Origin: Naegleria gruberi
Taxonomy: Eukaryota
Assembly (NCBI GenBank): GCA_000004985.1
Contig: GG738921.1
Reading direction: 5' to 3' (one strand)
Length of the DNA: 64,000 bases
The position numbers were made by a program, and so were the translations under genes. Of this stretch, positions 24,435 to 35,965 are shown one piece after another (within the stretch, counting starts at the first letter, position 1; each line of letters opens with the position of its first letter). The notes beneath the pieces are model-generated. The model did not search any database. It saw only the letters and a list, made by a program, of their open reading frames with translations, and had not been told where the DNA came from.

Positions 24435-25522
24435 TCATCTTTGCATTTCAGTACTGTGTGAAATACAAGTATAGCCAGTGAGTATCATTATTTTAATTGG
24501 ATCGATAGTTCTATTCCATTCCAATAAGATACTCTCCTGAAAAACTTTAGTTTCATTTAGTCTCTTTAGGGCGCTTGTTTTAACAATGGATGCATTTTGT
24601 AATCGATGTAAAATGATTAGATTTTCAATGGATTTCTGTGCATTTTCAATGGAAATCTCAATTTCACCTCTTTTTAAATCAATCTTGTTGATTACGAAAA
24701 CTATCGAAAAAGAGTTTCGTTTTTTAAAACGAATTATATCACAAAGAATCTTGTTTAAACTTTGGACTGAATCCTTTTGATCCAAGCTACAAACAAGCAC
24801 GAAACACGACTGTTCCGTACACATTTTCCTAACTTCTTCTTCTCTTTTTTCCTTTTCGTCTTGCACTTCATAATAATCTTTTTCCATTATTAGAATGTTA
24901 AAATTACATTCAAATTATATTTTCGTACCTAGTTCTTTAACTCTAATAGTCAATTCTACACCATCAATCTCTAATTTTATCCTCCTTGAAGACAATATCT
25001 TCCTATTAGGCGATCTATCAAATAATCCATCAGCAACTCGCCTCACAATACACCTCTTTCCAACATTGTCAATTCCCAAAAGAAGAGCAAACATTTCCTT
25101 TTCTGGTTTGGATTTCATCCTTAATTTTCTCTTCATGCACGAAATTAAAACTTTTCTTCGCATTGAAACCTTTGGATTGGAAAGAATTTTGTAAATTGCT
25201 TCAAACTCATGATGGTGTTGTCTGAAATAGAGTGTATCCTTCATTTCCTTTTTCTGTTTCAAATTCTGTACATCTTTCCAGGTTTCCATGTCCAATTCCT
25301 TGTCCACATCACATTCATATCTAAACAATTTAAATTTCATCATGAAATAATTCCACCAAAACTCATCAAAATAATCATCAAGATCCTGCATATGCATTGC
25401 ATATTAAACATATCCCAATGATACCCAAGAATATCCAAATCATCATCTTGATCATTCCTAATAAACTTCATTATCAAGAGAAGAATTTCTGGAGGTAAGG
25501 AAGTAAAAAGTTCTCGTTTCAT
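24435..25522 (-). CDS. F-box-like N-terminus plus a divergent (possibly inactive) Ras-superfamily GTPase-like domain. Multi-exon; internal structure uncertain.
   Basis: Exon 25340..25522 has LPPEILLLIMKFI (F-box-like). Later exons carry a P-loop-like GIDNVGKR, then NKID (G4) and TSALK (G5), but no DxxGQ (G3). One 51-bp GTACGA..AAAAAG intron is found at about 24888-24938. A frame discontinuity near 25340-25397 is unresolved. Confidence 0.45.
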
Positions 25523-25712
25523 TTTTTTTTAGAAAAGTTCATCGGGTTTGAGGCATTTAAAAAAAATGAGGTACAAACTTTGATTTATATATAGCTCAAT
25601 ATAAATTATTAAAATTCAAAAATTGAGAATATTGTATAATGGTATGCCTAGGTTACAATTTGAAACAATGAGTGACTCAATTGTTATGATGATTAAAAAT
25701 TAATGTTATGAC

Positions 25713-26099
25713 TGCGTCGACCGGGAATTGAAATTCCTTTTTAGGAATATTATATTTAATATTTAAATAGTTTACAATATTGAATAATGAACAACGTGTA
25801 AATGTGTTGAAGTAGGGTACCCGTGAGTCGATTCACCATATTTGGAAAGGTACCATTCAAGAACAACAACAATAAATGTATTTAATATTAATTATTTGAT
25901 ACCGGGAGTCGCTTTTCCTTTTTGGGAATGTTGTATGTGTGTTATAAACTGGTCGACGCATTTAAAATTTTTTAATTTTTTTAAAAAAATGAAATTGGGT
26001 AACGGGAGACGGTTTACTATATATGGAACATTCAAACATACAATTGAACCCGGGTCACGGCGATGGCAACGCCGTATTCTACCACTAAACCATCGACGC
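25713..26099 (-). pseudogene. tRNA-Gly-GCC: tRNA-Gly (GCC) gene interrupted in the T-arm by a 309-bp insertion.
   Basis: The minus strand 26099->26042 reads GCGTCGATGGTTTAGTGGTAGAATACGGCGTTGCCATCGCCGTGACCCGGGTTCAATT. This covers the acceptor, A box, anticodon loop TTGCCAT and 5' T-stem plus loop. Unrelated sequence occupies 26041->25733. TTCAATT then appears again (25732-25726), followed by CCCGGTCGACGCA (25725-25713), the 3' T-stem plus acceptor that pairs with GCGTCGA. Confidence 0.8.
25733..26041 (-). mobile_element. 309-bp insertion inside the tRNA-Gly(GCC) gene, flanked by a 7-bp direct duplication TTCAATT. It contains two degenerate internal repeats carrying tRNA-end-like motifs.
   Basis: Target-site-duplication-like repeat of the T-loop. 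Internal motifs ATTCC(C/T)AAAAAGGAA x2 and GAATG.TCC...CG.CTC.CG.TACCC x2. Additional tRNA-like fragments GCGTCGACCAG.. and ..GCGACTCCCGG.. are present. Confidence 0.55.
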
Positions 26100-26325
26100 T
26101 TCACGTTCATTTGGAATGAAATGAACATCTCAAGAACAATAATTGCTTATATTTTAATACTGGATTTTTGTGAAACAATTAATCCATGAATGTGCAAAGT
26201 TTAACCGACCAATGCTACTTTGTGCCTCGAATGTACTTCCAAATTCAAATGGTCCTGCCTCAAAAGATGCTTCCAAATTAAGCAACGGGACACAGTAGTA
26301 ACTTTTGATTACGTAACAAAACAAA

Positions 26326-27059
26326 ATGCCTCACGATCCTACTCGTCTTCAACATTTAATCAAAAACTATTACAAGTCAGACTTGGAAAAGATTCACAAG
26401 AATTATGAAAGAATTTGTGATAGATACAATTTGGAAAAGAAGGATTTTCTGAATGATGTCTCTCTGTACAATCATTGTGATTTACTGAGCGTTTCCAATA
26501 TTTATTCAACCATCAGGAACGAATCATTAAAGATTATTCCAGTAGACTATGTGGAAACCTTCAAGAAGAGAAAGAGAAATCAAAACACCACCACTTTAGG
26601 TGAAGACTCTGACGAAACAGAAGCAAAATCTGCCAAAACATCATCCGACAAGACCTGTGCTCACTGTGGTGGCTCCGAATTCATCTTTGTTTGTAATGGT
26701 AACAGTGATGGCATGTATTTGGAGTTTCCAAATGGTAGAACAGTCTCTGGACAAACTCCACAGCTGACAGCATTAACAGATGGTGATGGAGTTTCTCTCC
26801 ATGTTTGTGTTGGTAAGTTTTCTTCTTCATCACTGGAATGTAATATTGTTATTATTATTTGATGAAAATTCGTGATGATATCTTATGATGATGATTAAAA
26901 GGATGTGGAATGGTTCATGGATTCAACTCTACCCAACTCAAGAGAGATTTGGAAAGGTACGAATTTGCTCTGGAAGATATGAACGAAGCTGATCAAGATG
27001 AATTACTCTTCGAAGAGGATGACAACAACAACAGCAAGAATAAACTTTCACCATGTTGA
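26326..27059 (+). CDS. Hypothetical protein with a C-terminal CxxC..CxxC zinc-ribbon. Exons 26326..26812 and 26902..27059; intron GTAAGT..TTAAAAG.
   Basis: Splicing joins ..CAHCGGSEFIFVC..LHVCVG to CGMVHGFNSTQLKRDLERYEF..* in frame. The tail is acidic. Confidence 0.6.
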
Positions 27060-27268
27060 AGGAAAACAGACTTTACATAATTCACACTTGTTCATTGTAT
27101 CATTCCCCACTTCAACACCTTGAAGATAAATCTGTTGAATGTACCTGAAGGAAAATATCAACGTGTAATTCGTTAAAGAATATTTTATTTTTTTTCTAAA
27201 TTTTTAAAAAAAATCATCAACATTCGTAACGGTAACTTTTGTGGTTCCTGAAAGATTGGTCTTCAATT

Positions 27269-29159
27269 TTATTTACTATTCACCAAGACAGGACTAAAGT
27301 TACCCTTGAAAGAAACAATGAGTACAAAGGCAATAATCAAAAATACAAAATCTGTCCACAAAATAATTGATGGAGCTAGAGGAGTACACAATTGCAACAC
27401 ATTAATATAAACCATGAAGAGAATACTCCACAAAGTAGTCAATGTACTTGAAATGGTCATGGTCGTAGATGGATGAACTGGATAGGTCGTATAGACAATC
27501 ATTTGATTCAACAATGGCATTGTAGGTACTGAAAACATTCCGATCAATACAAAGGACATTCCAGACAAGACTAACAAGACATCATTCTTCTGCCACAACA
27601 TTAATATACAGAACCATAGGAAGGCTAAACAAGCAGAGGCACTGGTAATGATTGTGATGAGTTTGAATTGTTTGGTCTTATCAAAGAGGATACTCAACAC
27701 GATGGAGGAAATTGTAGCAAAGACAATCAAGATAATATTCAAATTACCAGAATCAATGGCTGTATACTTGTTACCCTTGATGATTTGTTCCAAAATATAG
27801 ATGGATTGGAAGAAGGAATTGATGAGTGTGGAAGCAGCTAATAACATGAAGAAGGATGGTAATCGGATCAACTTTTTCAAACCAAAGACAAATGTTTGAG
27901 GAGGATAAACATCTTTTGGTTCTTCTTGTTTTGTCTTGGATTGTTTGGTTTCAGCTGCTGATGTTTCAAGGTCTTGATTGGATAATGGTTCTTCAGCAGT
28001 GTTGGAACCTTCAGTTAGAGATTGTGTGAGGTCACCATTAAAGCCAGGATTGGATTCTTCTTTGGTTGGTTCTGGAGCTATAGCAGGTGGTGTAGGTGGC
28101 TTACTCTTAAAGAAGAGCAAAACAAGAAAAACACACAAGGTTGCCATTACTCCTTGAATTCCCAAAAAGATGCCAAGGCCCAAATCTGAAATCTTTAAAT
28201 CCTCTTCACTTTCACTTCCAATGGTCATGAGACGAGGTCCAACAAGATAGGACAAGAGACTTCCGAATACACCTGAGAACAAGACAACAACCTGCACAAC
28301 TGTTCTCTCCTTATTTCCAAACCAAAAGACTCCAAACAAGTCACCACATTGAGTAATGAATGGTTGTCCACATGCAATGAAGATTTGTCCAATTAATGAA
28401 AGCCAAAATGAAGTTTCATTTCCCTATTATCATTCAAATTGTGGAGGTTGAATATGTGTAAAAAGGATATGTGAAATGTATGAAAACTTACTTGAATACC
28501 AATTAATCTAATCCATGCACCAATACATGTCAGTATAGAATATATAGAAACACTCCATTTTAAACCAAATCGTTTCAGAACGAATGAAACTAGAAAAGTA
28601 ATTGGAATAGTTGCAATTAAAAAGACCAAAGAAGTCATATTAATCTTCCAATTAGCATCAAGGCGGTAAAACTTCATCAATAGAGTTCTAATAGCATGGA
28701 CAATTTCATTAGGACACCACAAATTACTTTTGTTACTAGTACTCACCCTGAAGTTGTATAGGTCGACATGCAAATAATAGAAGTGACCATACATAATGCA
28801 AATATTGCTAATTGAAACCATCTTCTAATGTATAATTTAGGTTCTTGAGTTTGTTCTTGTTGTTGATGTTGACTCGGAAGAGGGGAGGACAAAATCTCTT
28901 CCTGTTGTTGTTCATCTTGTGCCTGCAAGCTACCATTATTAAGGGATGGATAGGAACCATCAAGCTCCTCTTTATATTGCAGAGTTTGATGAGGTTGCCT
29001 TCTCTCATCAAGGAGTTGTTCCCCGACATCTACTTCATATTGGTGATCTTTCATCATGCGACACTGCTGAATGGTGTAGTGAACTCTTTTTTTAAATAGT
29101 GAAATCATTTGTTGCTGGATCATCATTCTATCTCTCTTTGGATGTTTGTGCGCAGTCAT
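27269..29159 (-). CDS. MFS transporter of the FLVCR/MFSD7-like type. Multi-exon, with an apparent frameshift or unresolved junction near 28760-28821.
   Basis: Exons in ORFs 28743..29159, 28393..28821 and 27269..28339. FLVCR-like TM1-3 pattern: RRWFQLAIFALCMVTS.., ..SNLWCPNEIVHAIRTLLMKFYRLDANWKINMTSLVFLIATIPITFLVSF..CIGAWIRLIG. A GTAAGT intron follows IGIQ at about 28455. Confidence 0.65.
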
Positions 29160-29395
29160 GATGATGTTGAGTTCTTCTTTGGGTGTGTGAATTGTTTATT
29201 AAGGAAGATTAAGGGGTTAGATTCTGCTTGAGGAGGAAGAGGATGAGGGTTTATTCAACTTTCCAATTATCATGGTTGGATGGGGGTGGTAGCGAGAAGG
29301 AAAAGGAATTATGATAGATCAAACAAAGCAGATATGTCCCATGTATGTTATCATGTTAAGATAAAGATGCATAATGGTGATGAAGATAACATTGT

Positions 29396-31188
29396 TCATC
29401 TCAGATAAATATCACCATTCTTTTTGAATAGCTGATAGAGGTAGGCATCTCTTTGAGGAATTGGAAAACCATTCCTTTCATTCTCCTTCAAGTATTTGAG
29501 TCCAAGCTTGTAGAATTTACTGGCTCGGTTGGTAATGACCTTGTCCATCATTAATTTTGGAATGGATCCTTTCATGTCAATATAGTAAATCTCATGGAAT
29601 TTAGTTTCATTTTCCGAGAGGGATTCAAAGAACCAACCGCCCACTACACATGCCTTAATGATTTTCTTTTTGGATTTCTCTTGTTTTTCATTGTGTAATT
29701 GGTGCTCTGGATTTTCTTCCAAACACAACGAGTCACAACTCTTGAATCCTATAATGTACAGATTGCTCACTCGATCGTGTACTGAGCTGGTGCAGACAAT
29801 GATTTCTCGATCCTTGATTGGCCAAATGAGTTTGTACTTTTCATGATTTATGACTGATGTGAAGAGTTTGTCCTTTGTTTGAATGTGAGGCTCTTCAACA
29901 TATTTCACCGTTTGAATATCATAAATGTACTCATCTATCTTTTGTCTATATTCTTGATTGGTAAAAGTTTTCAAAACTTGTTTTACATTGTAAGGAAAGA
30001 GAATTTCAAATTTGAAAAATTTCAATCCAACACTATTTCCAAAATCATACTTGTCTTTTGTAAAGTAGCACTTGTATTGTTTCTGATTGACTGCCAAAAT
30101 CCATTCTCTATTGTTGATAGTTTCTCCACAAAACACTTTTCTTTTAAGGAAGGCAAAATCACCAAGTGAAAAGTTTTGATTTTTCAAATCGGCCATTGAT
30201 TCAACAGCCATATACTCTATACCTTCTTTGAGGGTCCCAATTTCATGTAGAATATCAATGGTCTTGCCACTTTTTATCAAGTAATTATGAAACAAGTCAC
30301 TTTTCAAAAAACCATGGAAATAATTCAACTTGAGTGATTCGTGAATAAACATTTCAACCTTTCTAAACAAGTTTTCTGGATTATCGGCATGCTCTTGGAA
30401 ACACTTTTTGAATGAATTGATGGTTTTCTCTTTCAAAGTGTGTGGTAAATTGATTCTTTAGGTGAAATATTGCAAATGAAAGTTTCAATAATGCTATTGG
30501 CAATTTTCTCAACCTTTTCGAATTTTTCCATTGTTACAAAAGAGCTAGACATCCGATCGTAATTTTTGTCTGAAATGTTGTGTGGAATCATTACACCGTT
30601 GTGAGCTATTTCATCACTGTCAATGACATCTAGAAATGTCATTGAAATTCCATCATGTGACAGCTCATCCTCATGGGATTCAACAGATGAAAGAGAAACA
30701 TTGGAAATTACAGAAGAGGAAGTATTCTTTCCTTCAATCAGTGAAGGGGGATTGAAACTAGAGGGAGTGGACGAAACCAAATACTGTTTACATATAAATC
30801 TGTAATGTTTGGCGCTTTCCAAGAATTCTACAGCTTCTTCCATCTTTTTAGTTAGTAGAAACTGCTTAAATATCGAATAGATTTGTTTGTGAGTGATAAC
30901 TGCTTCGTAGCTGTAATGGAAATTCGAAAGATCTTGTTCATCAATCACTTTACTATTCGAATGTTGTTTTGATGAGGAAGATGCTGAAGATATATCATCT
31001 CTGGAATGCTCAATCTCATATCCCTCGTCTATATCAAGTAAATGTTGAGTGGAAAAGAATTTTCCTGGTAAATGTGAAGTTTGGCTGATAGTTGTGGACA
31101 TTGAAGACATGGGTAAAAGATCAAGGTGTGATGGTTCACTGTTGCTCTTGAAGGCAGAAGTGTGATGCATGGTTTGACTTGATGGCAT
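29396..31188 (-). CDS. Second RGS plus START-like domain protein, paralogous to the gene at 11989-13740. Apparent 1-nt frameshift at about 30433-30440.
   Basis: ORF 30433..31188 has an RGS-like segment (YEAVITHKQIYSIFKQFLLTKKMEEAVEFLESAKHYRF). ORF 29396..30436 has a START-like region (..REIIVCTSSVHDRVSNLYIIGFKS..GGWFFESLSENETKFHEIYYIDMKGSIPKLMMDKVITNRASKFYKLGLKYL). The two ORFs overlap by 4 nt in different frames. There is no room for an intron. Confidence 0.55.
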
Positions 31189-31323
31189 TTTGTTTTTTCA
31201 AAGAAAAGTCATTTCAGTAAGTTTCGCCGTAAAGCAGGTTCTAATTGGTTAAATTTTGAAATCCTATTTAAGGCAAAAGACCGCCATTAGGTTATATCAG
31301 TGATTTTGAGATCTCAATCGTAA

Positions 31324-31395
31324 GCCGCTATAGCTCAGAGGAAGAGCTTCGATCTCCTAAGTCGAAGGTCGCCGGTTCGAGCCCGGCTAGTGGTA
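31324..31395 (+). tRNA. tRNA-Arg-CCT: tRNA-Arg (anticodon CCT).
   Basis: Sequence GCCGCTATAGCTCAGAGGAAGAGCTTCGATCTCCTAAGTCGAAGGTCGCCGGTTCGAGCCCGGCTAGTGGTA. The anticodon loop CTCCTAA gives CCT. A box TAGCTCAGAGG and B box GGTTCGAGCCC. The acceptor stem has two G-U pairs. Confidence 0.8.
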
Positions 31396-32355
31396 TAATT
31401 TTTTATTTTTGTCCATTTTCCATCGACCTTTTCACGAGTCTTTGATGTATTTTTCATCCTTCAAGTTTGCTCCTTAATTATTAGTACATTTATGAGAAAT
31501 GAATATTTAAATTGATTTTAAATTGTAAAAAAATATTTCTAATAATTTCTTCTTGATTGTTCTCGTCTAATAATCCTTGACCAAGAATTCTTTCCATCTA
31601 TTTGCAAACCTAAATTCATTCTATCATGTAATATTGCTCTATTTCATTGTACTTATTCAAGAAGTTTCACTCATTTCAGGCATTAGGAAGATTTCTAATA
31701 TCAATGGCAATATTATATTGTTTCGAACCCTTTTTGGCTAATTCATCAACATGTCCTTTTACCTTTTCCAATTTAATTTCCAAATATTGTTCTATCAAAT
31801 TCATCTTTAAAAATTGAAAATTTCCCATCATATCTTGGATTTAGAAATAACATAATGAAGGAGAAAGCAAAAAGAAAAAACTTGTGGCAGAGAAACGATA
31901 ACTATGGACTTGGAACATTGCAATCACGATTTGGTTGTAAATCTATTCATTCAAACATCCTGCTTCCTCTTATTCCTCTTCTGCTTCCTCTTCTCTATTG
32001 TATCCAAATGGATGACAAGTTTTTCTACTCATTAAGGCAAGACAACAATTTACAACATATTCATAGTAAGGCTTTCCATCTACATGGGTTAGTTTGGGTT
32101 GATAGTAGGCTCTTTGTATTGTGCTTCCTGAACTTGTAAGTGATTGAAATGTATTTTTGAAAACATAGAATGATTCTGTGTGGAAATCAGAATTTGCAAA
32201 TATTGCTTTAACTTTGATTGATTCCAATTCGTTTTCTTTGTCATTGTAATCAAATGAAGATAGATATAGGTATATTGATGAGTTTTCTCTAAAATCCTTA
32301 ACCTCTGTTAATTATCGCGTAGAGAAATACAGTGTTTGTAACTAATTTCATAAAA

Positions 32356-33264
32356 CTACTTACTTTTGGCAACACCCAAGTGATCGAAACAAGCTGAAAA
32401 CTTGGCCCCAAATGCTGTGAACTTATCTGAATAACAACATCTATCAATATTATCAGGACTAACACGAAATGTCAAAGTATGTATGGATAATGGAAACTCT
32501 GCTGCCCATCTATGAACAATAGGAGGATAATTAGTTGAGGATAATTCCTTTCTTCCAACATGGAACATTTCAATATTGTTGAAAGGTTTGAATGGTTCTT
32601 CCTCAACTTTCTTCATCCCAACCACAAATTTAAACTTGAGAAAATCATCATCATCTGTTGAGTAAGCGGCAATATGAGTCTTATCAAGAAATACTCCATA
32701 AGATGCTTCAGGCATAATGAATTTTCTGCTGTGAACAAGATAGGATTGAGGTTCTAGATCAAAATTACAAATAAAAAAGTCGAGTCTTATTCTATCAAAT
32801 ACCTGTTGCTTATTCTCTACTGGAATTGTGGAATTAAGTGTTAAAAATACTGTAGAATTGCCCAAACATTCATCTTCATCATCTGTTTCCGATTAGACAA
32901 TTAGAAAATTAATAAAACGCAACATACCTGGCAGAAGGTCCACAACCCACTCGTGTCCAAACTGTATGAAAGGTTCAGAATAATAGCTAGTATTAAAAGG
33001 GCCAGTTTTTGGTACCTTAACATCTGCAATATGAATGGTATAATCTTTTTTCTGTGGTGGAATATTCTCCTGCACAAATTGGTAAAGGTCTTCTCCTATA
33101 GGTTTCAATATTGGCTCAATTTCTGTTTCTGTGAACTCTGTATCTATTTTTGCTTTCTTTTCTGCAATAAGTTCTAAGGTTTTCTTAGAAGATTTGAAAA
33201 ATTCATTGGACATAACTAGGTTGATAAAGTCCAAAATGCTATCATTTTGTGGGAAATGATCCAC
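32356..33264 (-). CDS. Hypothetical protein. Exons 32893..33264 and 32356..32865; intron GTATGT..AACAG. Possibly further 3' exons toward 31970-32227.
   Basis: Two ORFs joined by a 27-bp-spaced GTATGT/AG intron. There is a GTAAGT donor after ..HLGVAK at about 32360. No recognisable domain. Confidence 0.4.
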
Positions 33265-33275
33265 TACTGCAATAA

Positions 33276-34063
33276 NNNNNNNNNNNNNNNNNNNNNNNNN
33301 NNNNNNNNNNNNNNNNNNNNNNNNNNNNNNNNNNNNNNNNNNNNNNNNNNNNNNNNNNNNNNNNNNNNNNNNNNNNNNNNNNNNNNNNNNNNNNNNNNNN
33401 NNNNNNNNNNNNNNNNNNNNNNNNNNNNNNNNNNNNNNNNNNNNNNNNNNNNNNNNNNNNNNNNNNNNNNNNNNNNNNNNNNNNNNNNNNNNNNNNNNNN
33501 NNNNNNNNNNNNNNNNNNNNNNNNNNNNNNNNNNNNNNNNNNNNNNNNNNNNNNNNNNNNNNNNNNNNNNNNNNNNNNNNNNNNNNNNNNNNNNNNNNNN
33601 NNNNNNNNNNNNNNNNNNNNNNNNNNNNNNNNNNNNNNNNNNNNNNNNNNNNNNNNNNNNNNNNNNNNNNNNNNNNNNNNNNNNNNNNNNNNNNNNNNNN
33701 NNNNNNNNNNNNNNNNNNNNNNNNNNNNNNNNNNNNNNNNNNNNNNNNNNNNNNNNNNNNNNNNNNNNNNNNNNNNNNNNNNNNNNNNNNNNNNNNNNNN
33801 NNNNNNNNNNNNNNNNNNNNNNNNNNNNNNNNNNNNNNNNNNNNNNNNNNNNNNNNNNNNNNNNNNNNNNNNNNNNNNNNNNNNNNNNNNNNNNNNNNNN
33901 NNNNNNNNNNNNNNNNNNNNNNNNNNNNNNNNNNNNNNNNNNNNNNNNNNNNNNNNNNNNNNNNNNNNNNNNNNNNNNNNNNNNNNNNNNNNNNNNNNNN
34001 NNNNNNNNNNNNNNNNNNNNNNNNNNNNNNNNNNNNNNNNNNNNNNNNNNNNNNNNNNNNNNN
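33276..34063. other. Assembly gap (788 N). Shorter 50-N gaps lie at 9130-9179, 16568-16617 and 56270-56319.
   Basis: Runs of n in the sequence. Each gap truncates an adjacent gene model. Confidence 1.
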
Positions 34064-35523
34064 CAACATTCTCGTTGGTTACCCTTACATTAAGAACCTT
34101 TAGAGAACTCCTAGGTAAATGAGGAATAACTGAAGCTTCAAAGGCCTCACCTAAAACTTCTTCCAGTTTGCAATTTACTATTGCTTGGATATTTTGATGA
34201 ATAATTTTATCTTCGAACTGTTCACCTTGCAGATCCAAAATTTTTAAATCTTCACAGTCATGGAAAAAGAATGGTTCCTCTTCAATATCAATATAAGTAT
34301 CAGTATGGTACAGCAGTTTTTCCAAATGTTGTCCTATTAAAGCCTTAACAACATTAAAACAAATTATTTCGTTAGTACCTCCATAAATTTTAAGAATTCT
34401 GAGTTGTAAACAACTTTTCAATTGTTCCAAAATATCTTCTTTTAAAATTGTAAATTGAAAATTTCTCGGAAATTGTAATGTTAATTTAGACAACTTAGAG
34501 AGATTACAGAGACAACCTAGCAATGTATCTAACTCATATGAGGGATCATATTCATTAGTGAAAACAACATTCAATCTTTCTAATGTTCTTGAAAGGAGAC
34601 CCAAATTCTTTTGAAGATTCAATATTGTTTCATCAGAAGTTGATTTCCATGCCACCTTGAGCTTTTTCAAATGGGAGAATGAATTAGATGAAAATACTGA
34701 AAAGAATGAACCAGTTATATTTGATAGTGTGTCTCGAGCAAAGAGGGAAAATTTTTCAATCTTTTGTGAAACATTGGAAAGTACTAATGACAGGATAGAA
34801 TCATCAAAATAACTAGGGTTGATAACCAAAACTGTTAAATTTGGACATTGTTGTGTGATATCCTCAATATTCTTGCGTGTTAGTGGATAGTTAGAACGAA
34901 ACTCTGTCAAAGATTGAGGAAACCCAATCACGGTTTGATCCATTTCTTCTTCATGGAGCTTTCGTTCAGATACAAGACGCATCAACTCGAGAGTTTTTAA
35001 ATTTTTAAACTCTTTCAACAAGTGAAAATATTCAGTTTTAAGATTAGTAAGTGTCAATACTTTCAAAGATTCCAACAATGGACTTGCATTCATTATCCAC
35101 TCAACAATGAAACTTCCAGACACGCAAGTTGCAGCACTCAACCTCAACTCTTCCATTGACAATCGTCCAAGCTCACACAAACCCACATCTAAAAAAGCAT
35201 ATATTAATCGACCATTCATAAATAATAATAATAAATTGATAACAATTACCTGTTAATGACCAGAAATCCAAAGAATTGAATGTAAACAAATCAATAACCT
35301 TCAATCGTTTCATCTTGATCAGTAAATTATCCACAACTCCTCCGATCCTATGATTATCCAATCCGATGTGAATAAAGTATTGAGTCTTGTTATTCAGGAA
35401 ATAATACCAGATCCACTCGGCAAAAGTCTTTGAAATAAATCTCATCTGCAGCAAGTGGTATTCATTGAAAAAACATAGCAAGTGTTCGGCACACAAATCA
35501 CAAGGTAAATTCTGAATTTTCAT
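34064..35523 (-). CDS. F-box-like plus leucine-rich-repeat protein. Intron at about 35191-35251 (GTAATT..TTTTTAG). The 3' end is lost in the 788-bp gap.
   Basis: Exon 1 (MKIQNLPCDLCAEHLLCFFNEYHLL..) is F-box-like. Exon 2 has LRR-like repeats (LxxLxxLxLxxL). The ORF runs into N-gap 33276-34063. Confidence 0.5.
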
Positions 35524-35965
35524 TTTTTTTTTTGATTTGACAGGAAATCTTTGTTAAACTGGAATGAAATTGTAATATCTAAATAATTTAAATATTAAAT
35601 TATTTAATATTTAAATATTTCAATTTTACATGATACAATTGAGGGATCTGATCTATTCTTAAATTCATCCTCAAAATATTTGTTTTGAATGAAATTTGAA
35701 AATGTCAACAAATAATTGGTTGTTTGACCTACAACAAATTAAGGATGATATGATGATAAATAACAATGATGATGGTTGGTAGTTGTTCCGATGGTGATGT
35801 ACCAACTTGAATTTTTTCCTAATAATAAAATAATTTCCAAATCATGATGAAGGATTAATTCCAAAAATTGCAATTATTACTATTATTTAAATGATGATGA
35901 GATGATGTGGTGAAATTCTTGGAGTTAATAGATGTGAAACTACTCCAAGAATCAACAGAGTCGTG

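Noticed and set aside
25733-26041. Interpretation of the tRNA-Gly(GCC) interruption as a tRNA intron.
   Set aside because: Nuclear tRNA introns are short and sit one nt 3' of the anticodon. This interruption is 309 bp, sits at the T-loop/T-stem boundary, and is flanked by a 7-nt direct duplication. Insertion is the better explanation.
33242-34122. ORFs 33242..34069(-) and 33247..34122(+), consisting almost entirely of X.
   Set aside because: They are translations of the 788-N assembly gap, not genes.
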